A stretch of 64,000 bases of DNA from Haliotis rubra (GCF_003918875.1 NW_025767589.1:186001-250000); one strand, 5' to 3'. Positions 40,701 through 54,775 are shown, numbered from the stretch's first letter. Numbers and translations are program-made. The notes: a model not told the origin generated them from the sequence alone.

Positions 40701-43700
40701 ACCTTGACAGTGACATGGATCTGCTTGTTAGAGGTCCAGTAACTTCTGTACATATCATCCGTACTTCTATACATGATAAAGACATCATATCATGTATCTT
40801 AGTTGTGAAGTGTCCTTTTTGTTTCCTGTAGCGGAAGACATTGGTATGTACATGAATATCGGATTTGATAACGACGAGAAACCAACGTTGTCTCCGGAGA
40901 AGACATCAGCTAAACAAATGAAGGCTCGTAGGCAGACCGAATCCCAAGGCAATTCAGCAGGGGAAGCTGTCTCTACGACTGGAAGCAAGGATATGGGTAA
41001 AGGCGGAACAGGTGACCTTGACCTTCAGAACGTGGAGGAGGAAGAGGACTATGACTTGTCTCAGCAGCCTGCACAGGTTGAGGACAAACCAGAGGCCCCT
41101 GACAGAAACTACTACAACCTGGACGACAATGGACGGGATCACGTGATTCCTGTGTCAGAATTACAGAAAAGGGTGGAAGAAATGACTCCAGCAAGTGCAG
41201 AAGAAGAATTCAAGGTAAACACAGAATGATGTGCACAAGCTCGAGGAAGAATTAACAAAATGTAACATAATTATGTTGTTTAATGACACTTAGTATACAC
41301 CATGAAAGCTGCATCACACAAAACCATCCGACAACATCTCCTTGAAACATCCATTAATATAAATGGAAGCAAACTATCTCATGTTTGTTTTTCGAATGGG
41401 AATTGTGGCTTCAAGAAAGACTGATTATATCTAGCACATACATAATGCATTCCCTCTTTCCACTTGTGACTGTGGCCAGAGAATGCTGTTCGAGACAACC
41501 AACTCTCACACAAAGGCAATTACAGTTAGTGCCAATTGTCTTCAGCTTACAGGTTTTAGTTTGGATAACAGTACATACTGTGGATGTGATAATAATGTGG
41601 AGTAAGTGATTTGTTTAGTATCAGCCTGTGTATGTCACATGTTTTCCTTTTCAGCGACTTCCTGATGGTTATGTCCACTCCTATGATGAATCTCAACTAC
41701 CTGAAAACAAAGGAAAGAACAGGTTCAGAGGCTATTACCCATGTGAGTACATCTTGTAGGTGATCAAGTTTAAATCTAAGGTCAACTTTGACATCGTACA
41801 ACATAATTGTTTTCAGTCAGCTGCATTTCGTCATCCAGTGTCAAGTCTAAATCGCCGATGTATTCGTATTCAGATGATTACAACCGCGTGGTGCTGCACC
41901 GCGTCAGTGACGACAAAGATGGAGACTACATCAACGCCAGCTACCTCGATGTGAGTTAAGCAACTACTGTCTGTCAGACACCGAATACACACTGAGCGTA
42001 ACTGCAAAATGGGCCGTTTTGATCTTGTAGCTTGTCCTTTGAAGTTAACTTATACTCGTAGTAGTTTCGGCGTTTATTATGTTGCTTAAATCTTATTATA
42101 CACGGCTTTGCTGTCAGTGACGTTTCATATTTATATAAATAATACATATCTTATTAAATTCTCTTCAGGGATACAAAGCAGAAAAGCGTTACATAGCAGC
42201 ACAAGGTAAGGTTTCTCACACACAAACGGTTACTCAAACTGATATCTAAAGAAAGCAGATATTGTATAAATGCTCACCCCACCCCCACCCCAAAAACAAA
42301 AAAATCAAAACAAACAAAAACAATATCATTTAAAATCTATTCCTCCTTTCATTTATTGATAATGACGTAATGTTGAGTTGCAGGTGTATTTCCACTTTGG
42401 GATCTGTCCGTTTTGAGACCATCTTTAACTTTACAACATTGATCGGTGTGCATTTGAATTTATTCCTTTTGTCTTTATGCTTTTGAAACAAGTGGGCATT
42501 CAGTTTGCTTTCTGGTTCTCAGGATCTTATTATGACAGCTCAGTGGAAACAGGACCACAAACGTAAAGAACGGACTTACGAAAATTTGTTTGAGCGACTA
42601 ATTTATACTTTAAAAAAGCAGTTGTTAGACCAAACTGGACTGTTGAAAATACAAACATACATGTACTGGTAATTGCGTTAAACTGTTTTTGTGGTTGAGC
42701 ATATCTAACTTTGAAGAATGAAAACCTGATTAATCTGATTAAGGTGGTCACTTTTGTGTGACCACTGCCATAAAAGTAGGATTCTATTTTAGCGTTAACT
42801 TTTTTTTCTGAATACCTATGGATGACCTATAGACGTTCCATGTCATATTCATGTTCTTGTAAGGTCCCTACAGACCGGAAGTAGTGGTGGATTTCTGGAG
42901 AATGATCTATCAGGAGCAGTCTACAACAATTGTCATGGTGACGGGACTTGTAGAGGCGGGGAAGGTAATACATATGTATATAGCATCTTCCACACATTCA
43001 CCTCGTTTCCCTCTCAACGATATTGAATGTTCAGCAGAAACTGGATAATGGTGTTTAAAGAAAGATGGTTGACACGAGAGTCTCAATTCCATACGCATCC
43101 GTAATAATACAAAAAACCAGAAATCTCACATACAAAATAACACCCGTTGTAGTGTTTCGTGTTCATGATTTTATAGCCTCGTTTGATATGAATCGAGATA
43201 TTAATCCTACTTCACATGTTTAAATCTCCTAATACTTACAGATGATGTGTCTTCAGTACTGGCCCGAGAAAGGAACATCCATTTACGGCGATATTTCAGT
43301 TACCAAGGAGACAGAAACTCAACTTGCAAACTACACAGTCACAAAACTGTCTGTTCACAATAAATCGGTATTATTTTTGCAATGATTACAATTTTTCTAA
43401 ACCATATCTTTATCGAAAATATAAACATAAATATGTAATAGTTTGTGACAAAAGTATTATTCAACATAAATCAAATGCTATTAATTCTAAATATCAGGAA
43501 GGAAAGATACATCACGTTCACCACTTTCACTTCACAAGTTGGCCTGACCATGGTGTACCAGACACTTCCGCCTTGCTGGAGTTTATGTGGAGGGTCAAGG
43601 CCACCACAAGACATCAAACACAACCTATCATAGTCCACTGCAGGTTAGAGTTTTTCTAGGATGGTCACGAGGACACAGGTTGGCTCGGACGGAAACGAAA

Positions 43701-46700
43701 CTGATGTTTATAAGATGATACAGAGTATTTCCGCGTTCAATCAATGTATTTGTAACTCTATATTATGACTTGCAGTTTGCTTTTTGATATATAGAGAAAT
43801 ACATACATATATATGTATGTTTCGGAGGATGTAGATTATATGAAAGTAATTGAGGTGGACGAGCCACAGGTGGAACATAAGGACTTTGATGTAGATATTA
43901 GTGTAAATTAGGAATATAGTGTCATATTTATACTGGTTCTTCTTCTTCTCTAGTGCTGGTATAGGCCGGACAGGGACGTACATAGCTATAGAGAGTCTCG
44001 TGGGTCAGGCAGCGGCAGAAGGGTTTGTGGACGTCGTCAGCTTCGTCTCCAACATGAGAGGCCAAAGGAAGAACATGAAACAGACCAAGGTGAGTACACC
44101 ACCAACACCCTGTGTAGTTCACATGTTATCTATCCTTGTCTCCTGATATTTCTTTCTCATTGTCTAACACCAGGAGCAGTACCTGTTCCTGTACCAGGCC
44201 GTGGCTATGGCGGTGTCAGAGGGGGACACCTCACTGGATGCTGACGCCATCAGACAGATAGATCTCAATCATGTGTCTTCACTTACCATGGGAAACAAGA
44301 ACGTACAGGAACACCTGGAGGTAGGTAAACTTAAAAGTATAACTATCCTTCAAGGCTATTAATACAAGAACGATGAAAATATTCATTTGTTCTAACACTA
44401 ACAGCATGTTAGTGGAAAACATGATGAAACAACCAACCTTAAATATTTTTGTTGAGCATAGTATGTAACATGGTTTCACTGTATTTCATACCATATATTG
44501 AATAAATCGTATATGTATTCTATCAATGTGTTACTTGTTTCATTTGCAGGCTTTAGGAAATACATCCGAAAGTAAGTTTAATGTTCTTTTCCTGGTTTTA
44601 TATCACTTCGCCGTCAGACTGGAGAGTATTAACACATAAACAAACAAACTTCAGTCTGTTCAACTTTGTGGGTGGGCTTAACTCAGACTGAGTGGTATGA
44701 TCCAGCCAAACCTAGAAAGTTGCCAGAACGTGGACCGTGTTTACATGTCAGCTGTTTCGTCTGCTAATGTAGAAAAAAACAGATGCAACGCCTGACTCAT
44801 CTTTTTACAATTCAGAAATAAGCATAAAGACCCAGAGTCACATAAGCACCCTGCACGATTGTATGACATAAGGGATAACCAAAGTCAACTTTATGTCGAG
44901 AAATATTACAGCAGTTCTTGCCTTTCTACATTTCACAACCTCTGATCTCCGAAGATTTTAACTGCGCCGTTCATGTGTTGTTCAAAGTTGTGCGGTTAAG
45001 GTTACAACTACGAAGGCCTCAGGAAAGCTTTAAACCATTTATAGGGAAATCAGACGCATAAGTGAAACACTTATGTCGGGTGCAACTCTAATTTTCACTT
45101 GTGTACGGTGCAGGTGAATATTTAAACTGCTCTTCCATGTGATGTGTGCTCCCAGAAGGCAGGATATACTCACCTGTTCGCGAACACGTATACGATAGAT
45201 GATAGAGTCCTTCAAACTCATGCTAGTCAGAATCACGCATACAGTATACCCTGGTTATAATGTCACAGTTTTCCAAGAGAAGATATGGCATTATATCCAG
45301 GGTGGCATTATAACCAGGTAGGACACTTTGAGGCCCTATACAATCAACAAGGTGATTGAGTTGATGTCTCCTGTAATGATCCTCGAATAACTGGATAATC
45401 CCAGCATCTAGGGGCTGCAGGTGACTTGTTGTATGTAGCAGGAAGTGTATTGTCACATGTGTTATCCCATCTGGGAACACGACTACTTAAAGCCCTAATG
45501 TGTTTGGTCAAATAATTTGAGTTATGTCAATTAACCACTTAAGGTATGTATACTACATGCAGCCTGTGTAATTGGCATTAAAATGATTTTTGTTCCCCAA
45601 ATCATTGGCAGATGGCATTGTAACCAGGGTATTATAAGGAAAAGAAATCCGTTCTCGCAAAAACACGGTAGCATATCCTGGGTGGTATTACAACCAGGGG
45701 CGTTATATCCAAGGGATACTGTGCTTTGAGCAGTGGTGGCTTATGGACATCAGCGAGGATGTAATTTGAAGGCAGTTCCAGTTACACTGTACTCTACTTG
45801 ACTTTTCGTGGAATGCAATTGAACACATTTTAAGCAGGAGCCTTGTTCATTTTCACATTCTAAAACTGCACAAACACGAGGATCCAATAAAGAGGCAGTT
45901 CATGTTAATGTATATTTTCAACAGGTCTTCCTGGAGATCATATTACCGCGGTGGCAGTAAGTTTGATACTTTCTTCAATGTACTTCTCAATATGGCTGAA
46001 TAAAGGTTAACTTATTGATATGCTTGTTACATAATATCTTAACATTAATTATGTTCTCACTTAAATGAGTTCAATCTTAACCATTATTTACCCTTCATAT
46101 TAATGTAACATATTGTGTCTACCGTAGCTACTCCTCATATCACTTTGTTGATAAGATGCATAGTCACATCGTGTGTGTAGTTCAGGATGATATACACAGT
46201 TAACATAAATGTATATGTAATAGGTTATATCTCTCTGCAGTCCTACACATCAAGGAAGGGCTTAACAACGTCACAACCAGACAAAGAGGAACTATGGAAT
46301 CAGATGTATAACAGCGATTCGCGCACATTGATCACGTTGGCTGTAGAAAACCAGGTAGGAATAGTTTGCTACATTGCTTTGTTGATAAAGATGACATGTT
46401 TTTGTCAATTTAAAACTATCTTCTTTTTTCGTTCTTAAAAAGTCGAATATCGGTGGTCATTAATTATACGATCCAAAATGCACTCTCAAATATTGACAAT
46501 CCTGAAAAGGAAAAAGTCACTTAAGTCAGCACTGTTTGGCTTGCAGATCTTCCTCCCGTCGATGGACAGTCCTGTCTCCACATCAAAGCTGACAGCAAGC
46601 CTGCAAACATCTAAAGTTATATCAAATGATGTTATCCTGAACATTATTGATCTCACAGTAAATGTAAGGCTTATGACATATATACTGAGTCCAAAAAGAA

Positions 46701-49686
46701 ACTTCACAAAATGTAATTTGAAAAATAATGAATAATGTTTCTCTGATGATACATCTATGTATCCGAAATGGGGTCCCTATCTGTCGACTCTAGAAAAACG
46801 TTAGCAAAACCCACTCAAACCCATCCATTCATCGTGCAAATGACGTTAGTGCCAAATCAAGTTTTGCACGTGCAGCCTCAAGAATTTAAAAGACACTTTT
46901 AAACCACAGTTCCAACGGTACTTGAAATGCCAAGATTGTCAAATGTGCAACGTGAACGTGCCGTTGGCATGTTGCAAGCGGGAAGATCAGTTATTGACGT
47001 CGCAAGAGTAATGGGATGCAGCCGTCGTACTGTGTATGACTGGCGAGGTCGTCTACAACAAACTGGCACCACTTCTGATCGCCCAAAGTCGGGTCTTCCA
47101 CGTGTGACGTCACGAGCAGAAGACCGTTAAATCGTCCTACGTCACCTACGTGACAGATTTCTGCCGGCTACACGAACCAGGGCTGAGATGTTTAGAGGTC
47201 GACTGTCCTCACAGACCATTCGAAATCGGTTGCGGGCTGCCAATCTCCATTTTCGACGTCCACATCGTGGGCCAATATTGACGCCGTTTCATCAACGTCA
47301 ACGTCTGCTGTGGGCCCAACGTCACCTCCGATGGACCCCGAGAGACTGGAATCGAGTCGTCTTTAGCGATGAATCCAGGTTTACCCTCAGATTCGCGGAC
47401 TCAGTATCAATGTTGTGTACAGGAAGTCGACAGATTCGGGGGCATAGTGTGGGGTGTTTTCTGTGGAAACAACCGTTCCCAACTTCTGGTCATCCGTGGA
47501 AACCTCGAAGCTGCTGCTTACCTCGACCAGGTGCTCACCCCTGAACTCGTTCCTTTCATGGCGGCTCATTGCCCAGGTCTACAGTTCCAGCATGATAATG
47601 CTCGGCCGCATACCGCGATGTTGACACGAAATTTTCTTCAAAACGCTGGAATCAACGTCATGGACTGGCCATCGAGGTCCCCTGACCTTAATCCAATAGA
47701 GCACGTTTGGGATGCACTTGGGAGAAGGCTTCGTGGTCTTAGGAACCAACCTCAGAATTTGCAGGAACTTGGCGCTGCCTTGCAAGAGCAATGGCGCAGA
47801 ATCCCCAACCACGTGTTCACAAGCATCAGGCAGTCGATGAGGAGACTGTGTTTGGCAGTGGTGAATGCGCGGGGCGGCCATACACGATATTGAACTGAGA
47901 GATTTCGCATTTTTATTCTTGTGACTTGACATTCTTTATACCAATGTTTTGGAACGGCGGTGTAGCCTAATGGAACTGATTATGGCACTGTCAGTGTATT
48001 GAGTACATCATACAGATCTCAGCAATGAAATAATAACAATTTAACCTTCTTACCATCTCTTGTTCTTTTATAGTGCCCTGAAGAAAGAATCTGAAGTTTC
48101 TTTTTTGACTAAGTATATATATCACCAACACATCGTATTACTATATATATTTCAGTTTAACTGTCCGTATTGTTTGTAAAGAAGGAAAACTGGCTTTCAG
48201 GATGCTGACGTCACCTCAACAATTCAACACTATCATGTGACCGGAAGTACACATGATCCAAGTGTCACTCTGTTGATTGACAGCTTACTTACATGGATGA
48301 GTGACCCACAGAGATGTTCCTGCACAATCATGTCACAGTGAGAATATTTTGTTCACATCAGTCCATTTCTGTACGAACAAAATTATTCAGTGTAACAAAA
48401 ACAATAGTTCTTTCTGATTGACATGTAAAATATATACTTGTCTCAGAGGCTCTACACATGAAAATGTATCTACCATGTATCTGAAAGATTTCAGGTCAGC
48501 GTTTTGAAAACTCCCTAATATGTATTGGAACAAGCCGTTTAAATAGTCGCTTCTTGGTGACACTTTTCCTTTTTCCACCCTGGGACACGTGGTTGAGGCA
48601 TGTGTGAGGTCACAAATACTGAAATATGTAAAGCCACATTACATGAGCAGACATGTAAAACACAATACCAGTCAAACACAGTCAAACACAATATCAGTAA
48701 ACAATGATTCCTTGTAGTTACAGCTTACTAAATATCTTACTGCTTTTTTAAGTCGTTCTGATTTATAAAGACATCAACAGAAAATATTGTAGTGATTGTA
48801 AAACCGCTGTCGTAATCACTATAACTGTGGGGGTTATTACAAATATTTCATTACCCTACTCTCATGTCGTTTCATCTGATACGAATATTTTGGTATATAT
48901 AATGTGCATCGATAACCATCCATTCTTTACATGCTTTAAGTGTCCTGTTTTATACGTCACTAAATATTCAAGTCATGCAACCCGTCAACACTTTCTAATA
49001 CCTTCTTGAGTTCACCCATGAGTGGGGCGGTGGGGTAGCCTAGTGGTTAAAGCGTTGGCGCGTCATGCCGAAGACCCGGGTTCGAATCCCCACATGGGTA
49101 CAATGTGTGAAGCCCATTTCTGGTGTCCCCCGCCGTGATGTTGCTGGAATATTGTTAAAAGCGGCGTAAAACCAAACTCAGTCAGTCAGTCAGTCACCCA
49201 TGAGTGGGTACATGACTTATTGTTCACTGCAGCTCTGTGAGCGAGGCACGGTTCTTGGTCCTTTTGGTGAACATCGCCAGCAGACTGCAGGACGACAGCA
49301 GGGTGGACGTCATCAGCAACATGCGACGTCTACACTCAACTCTCGGTGGACCTCAATTCTCTCAGGTAGGACACATTGATCCGTCATAATTGTCTGTCTT
49401 TGCTGGCATGTGGAATCCAGTTGTAGGTGAATTGACACATAATCATGATTCAACAAGCATCTATAGGTTTGTGTAGATTAGTATTTTACAGTCGGGTTTG
49501 AGTAATGCTAAGAAATATGTCTCCATGCTAATGCATCCTGGAGACAGCGAGACACCATATTAAGGACTCTGTGCCTTGAGTCTACAGTTCTGACGTTTTT
49601 TGTTTCACTTTCAGGAGGATGTTCGCCAGTGTCTGGAGTTTGCACAAGGACGACTGGAATCTCTTGGACTCTATGCTAATCTGTAA
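23561..49686 (+). CDS. Copy B: receptor-type protein tyrosine phosphatase with EGF / F-type lectin / EGF ectodomain (25 coding exons, apparently intact)
   Basis: Exons 23561-23621, 30927-31064, 31345-31548, 36874-37080, 38210-38341, 38744-38890, 39358-39495, 40232-40358, 40508-40581, 40832-41214, 41655-41742, 41874-41950, 42169-42205, 42864-42964, 43242-43367, 43498-43643, 43954-44089, 44174-44320, 44550-44571, 45925-45956, 46241-46354, 46547-46663, 48201-48337, 49233-49365, 49615-49686. All GT-AG with compatible phases, ending LGLYANL*. Confidence 0.9.
27398..27722 (+). mobile_element. SINE-like repeat family 2, nested in the Harbinger-like element
   Basis: Same core and (tcac)n tail as 14093. 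Confidence 0.85.
27578..27647. mobile_element. 70-bp hairpin mini-insertion with 9-bp TSD
   Basis: tagctaagatacatagcgttcactaacatga...tcatgttagtgaacgctatgcatcttaattagcta, flanked on both sides by gattattta. Confidence 0.8.
28135..28360 (+). repeat. tRNA-like repeat with aaagtacagattctagtactttt module
   Basis: A/B-box-like ggtggctgagcagg...ggttcgaatccc; related pieces at 25730-25850 and 25958-26055. Confidence 0.55.
31345..31548 (+). CDS. Copy B F-type lectin domain, first exon
   Basis: [26 protein letters not shown]...[16 protein letters not shown]...IYSRGG. Confidence 0.9.
31765..31791. repeat. (CA)n microsatellite
   Basis: Direct observation. Confidence 0.9.
32040..33310 (-). mobile_element. 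Tc1-like transposon, degenerate
   Basis: TIR cagtacaaccagaaattattgagaattta / taaaattctcaataatttctggccatacta, TA flanks. ORF with [25 protein letters not shown]. Confidence 0.92.
33622..35120 (-). mobile_element. Tc1-like transposon, frameshifted
   Basis: [48 protein letters not shown]; imperfect TIRs. Confidence 0.92.
35129..36449 (+). mobile_element. Tc1-like transposon, highly degenerate
   Basis: [49 protein letters not shown]; imperfect TIRs. Confidence 0.8.
36874..37080 (+). CDS. Copy B F-type lectin domain, second exon
   Basis: [14 protein letters not shown]...[29 protein letters not shown]. Confidence 0.9.
40232..40358 (+). CDS. Copy B transmembrane exon
   Basis: [24 protein letters not shown], followed in the next exon by the RRRRGK stop-transfer. 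Confidence 0.9.
41655..44320 (+). CDS. Copy B PTP D1 domain (8 exons), catalytic motifs intact
   Basis: [58 protein letters not shown]. Confidence 0.95.
44550..49686 (+). CDS. Copy B degenerate PTP D2 pseudophosphatase (7 exons)
   Basis: Exon phases mirror D1. LWNQMY, IQHYH and [10 protein letters not shown] remain; the signature is replaced by TIMSHSVSEAR. Confidence 0.7.
45242..45721 (-). mobile_element. Internally deleted pogo/Tigger-like element
   Basis: [13 protein letters not shown]...YRR DDE fragment; ends cagtataccctggttataa / ttatatccaagggatactg. Confidence 0.75.
46683..48115 (+). mobile_element. Tc1-like transposon, disrupted
   Basis: TIR tactgagtccaaaaagaaacttca / tgaagtttcttttttgactaagta. 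[50 protein letters not shown]. Confidence 0.95.
49024..49193 (+). mobile_element. tRNA-derived SINE family 1
   Basis: Same sequence as 20924; TSD tcacccatgagt. Confidence 0.92.
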
Positions 49687-50687
49687 AGCATTGTTATTCA
49701 TGGTAGCACTGTGCAATACCATTTCAATATTGTACCTGATTTTTTGTGTATTATCAGCAATATTGCTAATGCAAACGGACAAGGCTTTTACTAATAGATC
49801 AAAAATGACTGTAATATAATGACACAGTAGTCTAGTTATGACAATGAACATGACTACTTGGTAAAACTTTACAAGTCTTTACAATAATCGAGTTGTGATG
49901 TGTACTAATGACACGAGAGACTTGATAAAACAGTTTTTTCATGTTTGTATAAGTAATGAAGCTTTTCACAATGTTTTCACAAAACAAGAAGAAAACCGGA
50001 AACAACTTCTAACTTGTTTACAATTTGTTTTTATTTCAAACCTTTTACTAGACTGAATGTGATATCATGATGTTACAATATTTGAAAAGGCTATTCTGTA
50101 TTCCTTTCAGCAAAGAATACTACTAGCAATACATGCTTACACATATTTGTCATGAAGGGTTTGATCCGGCAGCCAATACGTCTCTCCCTTAATGAATGTT
50201 ACAGTTTATCGTCCCCTCGACAATATTTCAGCAATAAAGTTGGAAAACATATTTCATAAATGTAAAATTGTGTCGTCGAAGGAGAGACTGGCAACTGGAT
50301 TAGCCCTTAGTTTTCAAAACTAGTTTGAGAGCATGCGATATATTAAACTAACAATTGAAAAAAATATATATAAGGTGGCTAGAGGTGTAAGACAAGGAAG
50401 AACTTCACAAGTTTGATGTCCATGTTATTGCATTGCTTATCCTGGTGAAATGGCGGGTCATTAAAAATGTGTCAACACAACTTAATATGATGTCATCGAG
50501 TTTGGTGCTTCTATGTGCGATGTGGCATTCAGATATTGATCATGTAATCCCTACATATTCAAATTACGCGGACCGTAGTGAAATGTTTGTTACTGCACAT
50601 GCAATAATCTCTGCACAACGGTATACATTTCAGTCTCCAGTGCTTTCATAACACATTATTTATTTTAATAATATCTGCCTCTGTTAA

Positions 50688-51741
50688 AGGTCACATGCAA
50701 CGTAAAACACAACTTTGCAGATTCTGATACCTTTCGGTATGGACATACCGAAACAAATCGTCAAAAAGTTGAAAAATAAAGCGATGGAAAAAACCGCGCG
50801 AAATCGGAGTTCAACGTTTCACTAATTTTCCCCAGACTTTTCTGGGGAAAACGGGTTTCAGCAGCTGGGCTGCGCTCATAGCACGTGCGCAAGTAAATAG
50901 GTTCGCGCAGCTTGGAAGCGGGTTGTCGGGTGAATACTCGGTGAAGGCTTTGGAGTGAGCTATTTTTCTAATGTTTTTGTTGATATCTCACAGGCGCGAG
51001 CTTTTTATATGTTATGACATTAAATTAACTGTTTATATAATTTCATTTGTCTATTTCACCACACGTTCTTCTTACCGAGACACTTTCTCAGTTCGATACT
51101 TAAAAGCAATGTCATTATTAAGCGTTGATAGAATTTCTAACTGTATATAGATATGTCGTTGTCACAGACAAAACTCAATGTCTTGTTTTATTGACACCTG
51201 TGTGTCTGCCTGCCTGTCTGCTAATGACAATATTCAATACACAACTGCTATCACTGACCACATGCAATTTGAACTTAACACCAATCAGGCTATACACCAT
51301 AATCAAAATGCATTGATTTATGGCCCGAGTTCGGTCTCTGTCACATTATGTAATTACACAGACAGACAGGTGTGATACTTGAACACATGACATGTTATGA
51401 TGTCTGTTGATTGCAAAATGTTATACGCAAAAAATGAGCATGTATTTACAAAACCCAACATCTCTATATATATATACACACAATTAGCCGTGAAGGCATC
51501 TGCAAATGAACCAGCCGTTACACTTGAGTGCACACCTACCCGCTCTGACTGGGTTCGGTATCCCGGCTGCTTCGTTTCTTGGGAAGTAAACCGAAGTACA
51601 CAATTTTGCACTTTTGATTTACGATTGTACGCTTATAATTTTGTTTATATATTTTTTCGTAACCAGCAATGTATATTATATGTCATGAATAAGTGATAAT
51701 GGTGTTTTAATTATGTTTGATTTTTTGGTTGCATGTGACCT
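50688..51741. mobile_element. Non-autonomous Kolobok-like DNA element
   Basis: TIR aggtcacatgcaac / gttgcatgtgacct; TTAA on both sides. Confidence 0.8.
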
Positions 51742-52256
51742 TTAACTAATTTGTACATAATTAATCTTCATTTGTATATGCATCTCTGTAAATATTGCTG
51801 TTCAGTTGCTCATATTCGCATTAAATTTGATTGTATTGCATTGACATTACGCCTAAATCAAGGTAGAGAATCGAGTATTTACAGACCACCGCCATATAGC
51901 TGGAATGTTGCTGAGTGCGGCTTAAAACTAAACTCACTCTTCACTGAAACCATTCCCTTTGTCATACAGCCTTGTGGACGTTTTTTTCACTGAATCTTTA
52001 TACTTTGATATTAATATGAAACAGTTGTCTCCTTTATTTCAAGGTCACATGGGTAAATCGGTGGAAGAGAATTGGCTATTTAATGGTTATTTAACGACAT
52101 TAGATCATCGATGAACCAGAAGCTTAAGTTAAACGTCTTGGCCAAATGACTTTGTTTTGACTTTGCCAACCCTAGGAGAAATTCTGATTCATATGCATTA
52201 AAAAAACAGATCCACAAGCAGGGGAGCACAATGGAAGCCCACGGGGATGCCTACTT

Positions 52257-54775
52257 CTTGGCGAAATGTTTTACCCACATCTCACAAAGATGTTATCAAT
52301 GAGAAAATCCAACATTTCACAAACTGTTGTTTTGGGCAAACTTCAAATGACATTTGTTTTCAGTTTTGACAAGTTGTTGTTTACTAAGTTTTGTCTCGGG
52401 TTTGTCATAGTGGAATACAACGTTGAATCATCAAACGTTTTAACAGAACGGAACTCGGTTCGTTTCTGAGAGTGTACAAATGTCAGCGAATCCTTTGAGT
52501 TAGTTGAGAATCCACATGGTGTTAATTCCGCTTGTCTCAAATACTTTTTGTGAAACCAGTGTTCGTTGTTTCGTATATTGCTTGACTATTAACTGGTGTG
52601 TGTCGATTTATGAGCCCACTTATGAGCCCAGTTATTATAGATAATACTGACACTGTATGACCGCCAAATTATCAATAAAGAAACACGCAGCTCACTGTTG
52701 TTTATTATAATGTCAAATAGAAAGGCCAGTCCTTCATTTGATTTCTTCATGAAGGTGAAAAGAAACAAGAAAGCTATAGATGACATCAATTCTACAAGAA
52801 GAACATGAAAGAAATGGTAAGGCATCAAGACGGGTGAAGATGTCCTACAATGTATCTAATCGATGTATGCTACTAGGTACAAGAAAAATGGTTTGAAGAC
52901 GTATGTTTGATTGTCTTTATCTCTTCTTCAAATCACAAGATTTGAACATTTGGCGTTAAGTAATAAGGTAAATATCGGATTTGAATGATTAAAACATTAT
53001 CATCGTATGGCGAAAGCGTAATGCTGCGACGTTGTAGCATAAATATTTATTCAATCATTTTGTCGGTGCTGTGGAGTATTTTCTCGTTATTTCGATTATT
53101 TTCTCGTTACTTTGAATGCTTTCTCGTTACTTGGAGTTTCTTTAAAAACTTTGAAATATCAAGTATTTTCTCGTTGCTTCAATGAATTTTTCGTTCCAAA
53201 TTTCTTACAACCACTCCAGATTTCAAGTTTTTGAAACAACTTTAAAGTAACGATAAAATAGTGGAAGCAACGAGGAAATACTCGAAATATTATGTGTTTG
53301 ACAGAAACTCCAAGTGACGAGAAAATACTCGAAGGAATGAGAAACAACTCGAAGAAATATTTGACACAACGAGATTACATTCCCAAGCACCGACACAATG
53401 ATCGAAGCAACGGTGAAACAAATTATTTTTATGCTACAAAAGTGGCAGCATTAAGCTTTCTGATACCTGAAACAAGATGCCACGTCTTTTACAAACAAAT
53501 ATATGCTTTAACCAAACAGGCATGCTGGTATCGTATATACTAATACATAACAGAAATTTAACTGGTTTGAAAAGCCAAGAGCTGAGAGAGTCACCATATC
53601 ACTTTAAATCCGACAGTGTTTATCTATTACACGAATTTACAACAACCCTCCAATGAGGCTAGAAGTTTCAAATACGGGCTGACAATATAAAGTGTTATCC
53701 GTTGCTGACAGTTTACGTCTATAGCTGATACAGACTTTCAAATGACACTGGGGCAGTAAAATGTGTAATGAATTAGAAAGTGGCGTGTTCCACACTATGT
53801 GTATTGAAGTGAATGCGACGACAGCCACAATCTTGAATTATGACATGGCAGGCACAAACTTATGATGTGGCATGCAAATGTCTAATTAGATGCACTTTTA
53901 TATGAGGAAGGCTTCCTCGTTGAAGGTCGTGAACTCCCCCAACAATGTGAATGGTATGATTGCTTGACAACTTTATCTCTCATACACATGCTCAGCATAA
54001 TGCAATATGCACTGTAGAAAACAGGGACGACATATAGCATAACTGACTGTCAAAGGCGGCTTCATTGGTTTTCTAATTCTATAGGCAACACAAACGGAAT
54101 TATGCATGACCACTGAGGAACATTATTGACTGACTTTATGACTATATCGTTCAGTAAAGGGTGTGTAGCACGGACCTGACAATCAATATTTGCTTTACAC
54201 ACCATAAACTGGTGTTCAGATAGATGTAATACTATTCTATAAATACAAGCACATGTCATTGTTAGCTGCTTCCAACCTCTCGGGCCAAGTCTCACCAAAC
54301 ACAGACCAAAAACTTTTGAAAGAGTCCACGTTAGGAATGCACAAAAATGACTTCACTTTATGATGTACCAGTGATCTTTAAATGCAGTGTACTGTGACAT
54401 TAAAAAGCAGCATCTAGGTAGATATACTATTGTAGAGACTTAAACGAAATCCATGATATAAATTTAAGACGTTTAAGACCGTTAAGTCGAACCAACACTT
54501 GTGCCGAAGAGACAACGCTGAGAGTGTTGAAAATTGACTTTGAACACTCTTCGACTCAAGTTTGCTTCAAATAGATCTACTTCAATTTGTGTCAATGATA
54601 AAAAAGATAAAAACTATTCTACAGATTTATACAGTTTCGACGAATCATCTGCGAAACATGAAAATGCGATTCACAATGGTATATGTACGTTTAAAATCCT
54701 CTTTCTCACGGAACTGGGTTCAGTCTATTTTCTCGCCATAGCGTTATTGTGCTGCACGCATGTTGTTTGTGATTG
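52257..54775. repeat. Segmental duplication block upstream of copy C (partner 427-1748 plus 9002-10160)
   Basis: Colinear match lacking the Tc1+LINE insertion. Confidence 0.9.

Noticed and set aside
49666-49686. C-terminal ITIM in copy B
   Set aside because: The residue at Y-2 is Gly, not I/V/L/S; it fits a YxN motif better.
23561-49686. Assigning a symbol such as PTPRK, PTPRA or MEGF10
   Set aside because: The domain architecture matches no vertebrate ortholog; this appears to be a lineage-specific family.
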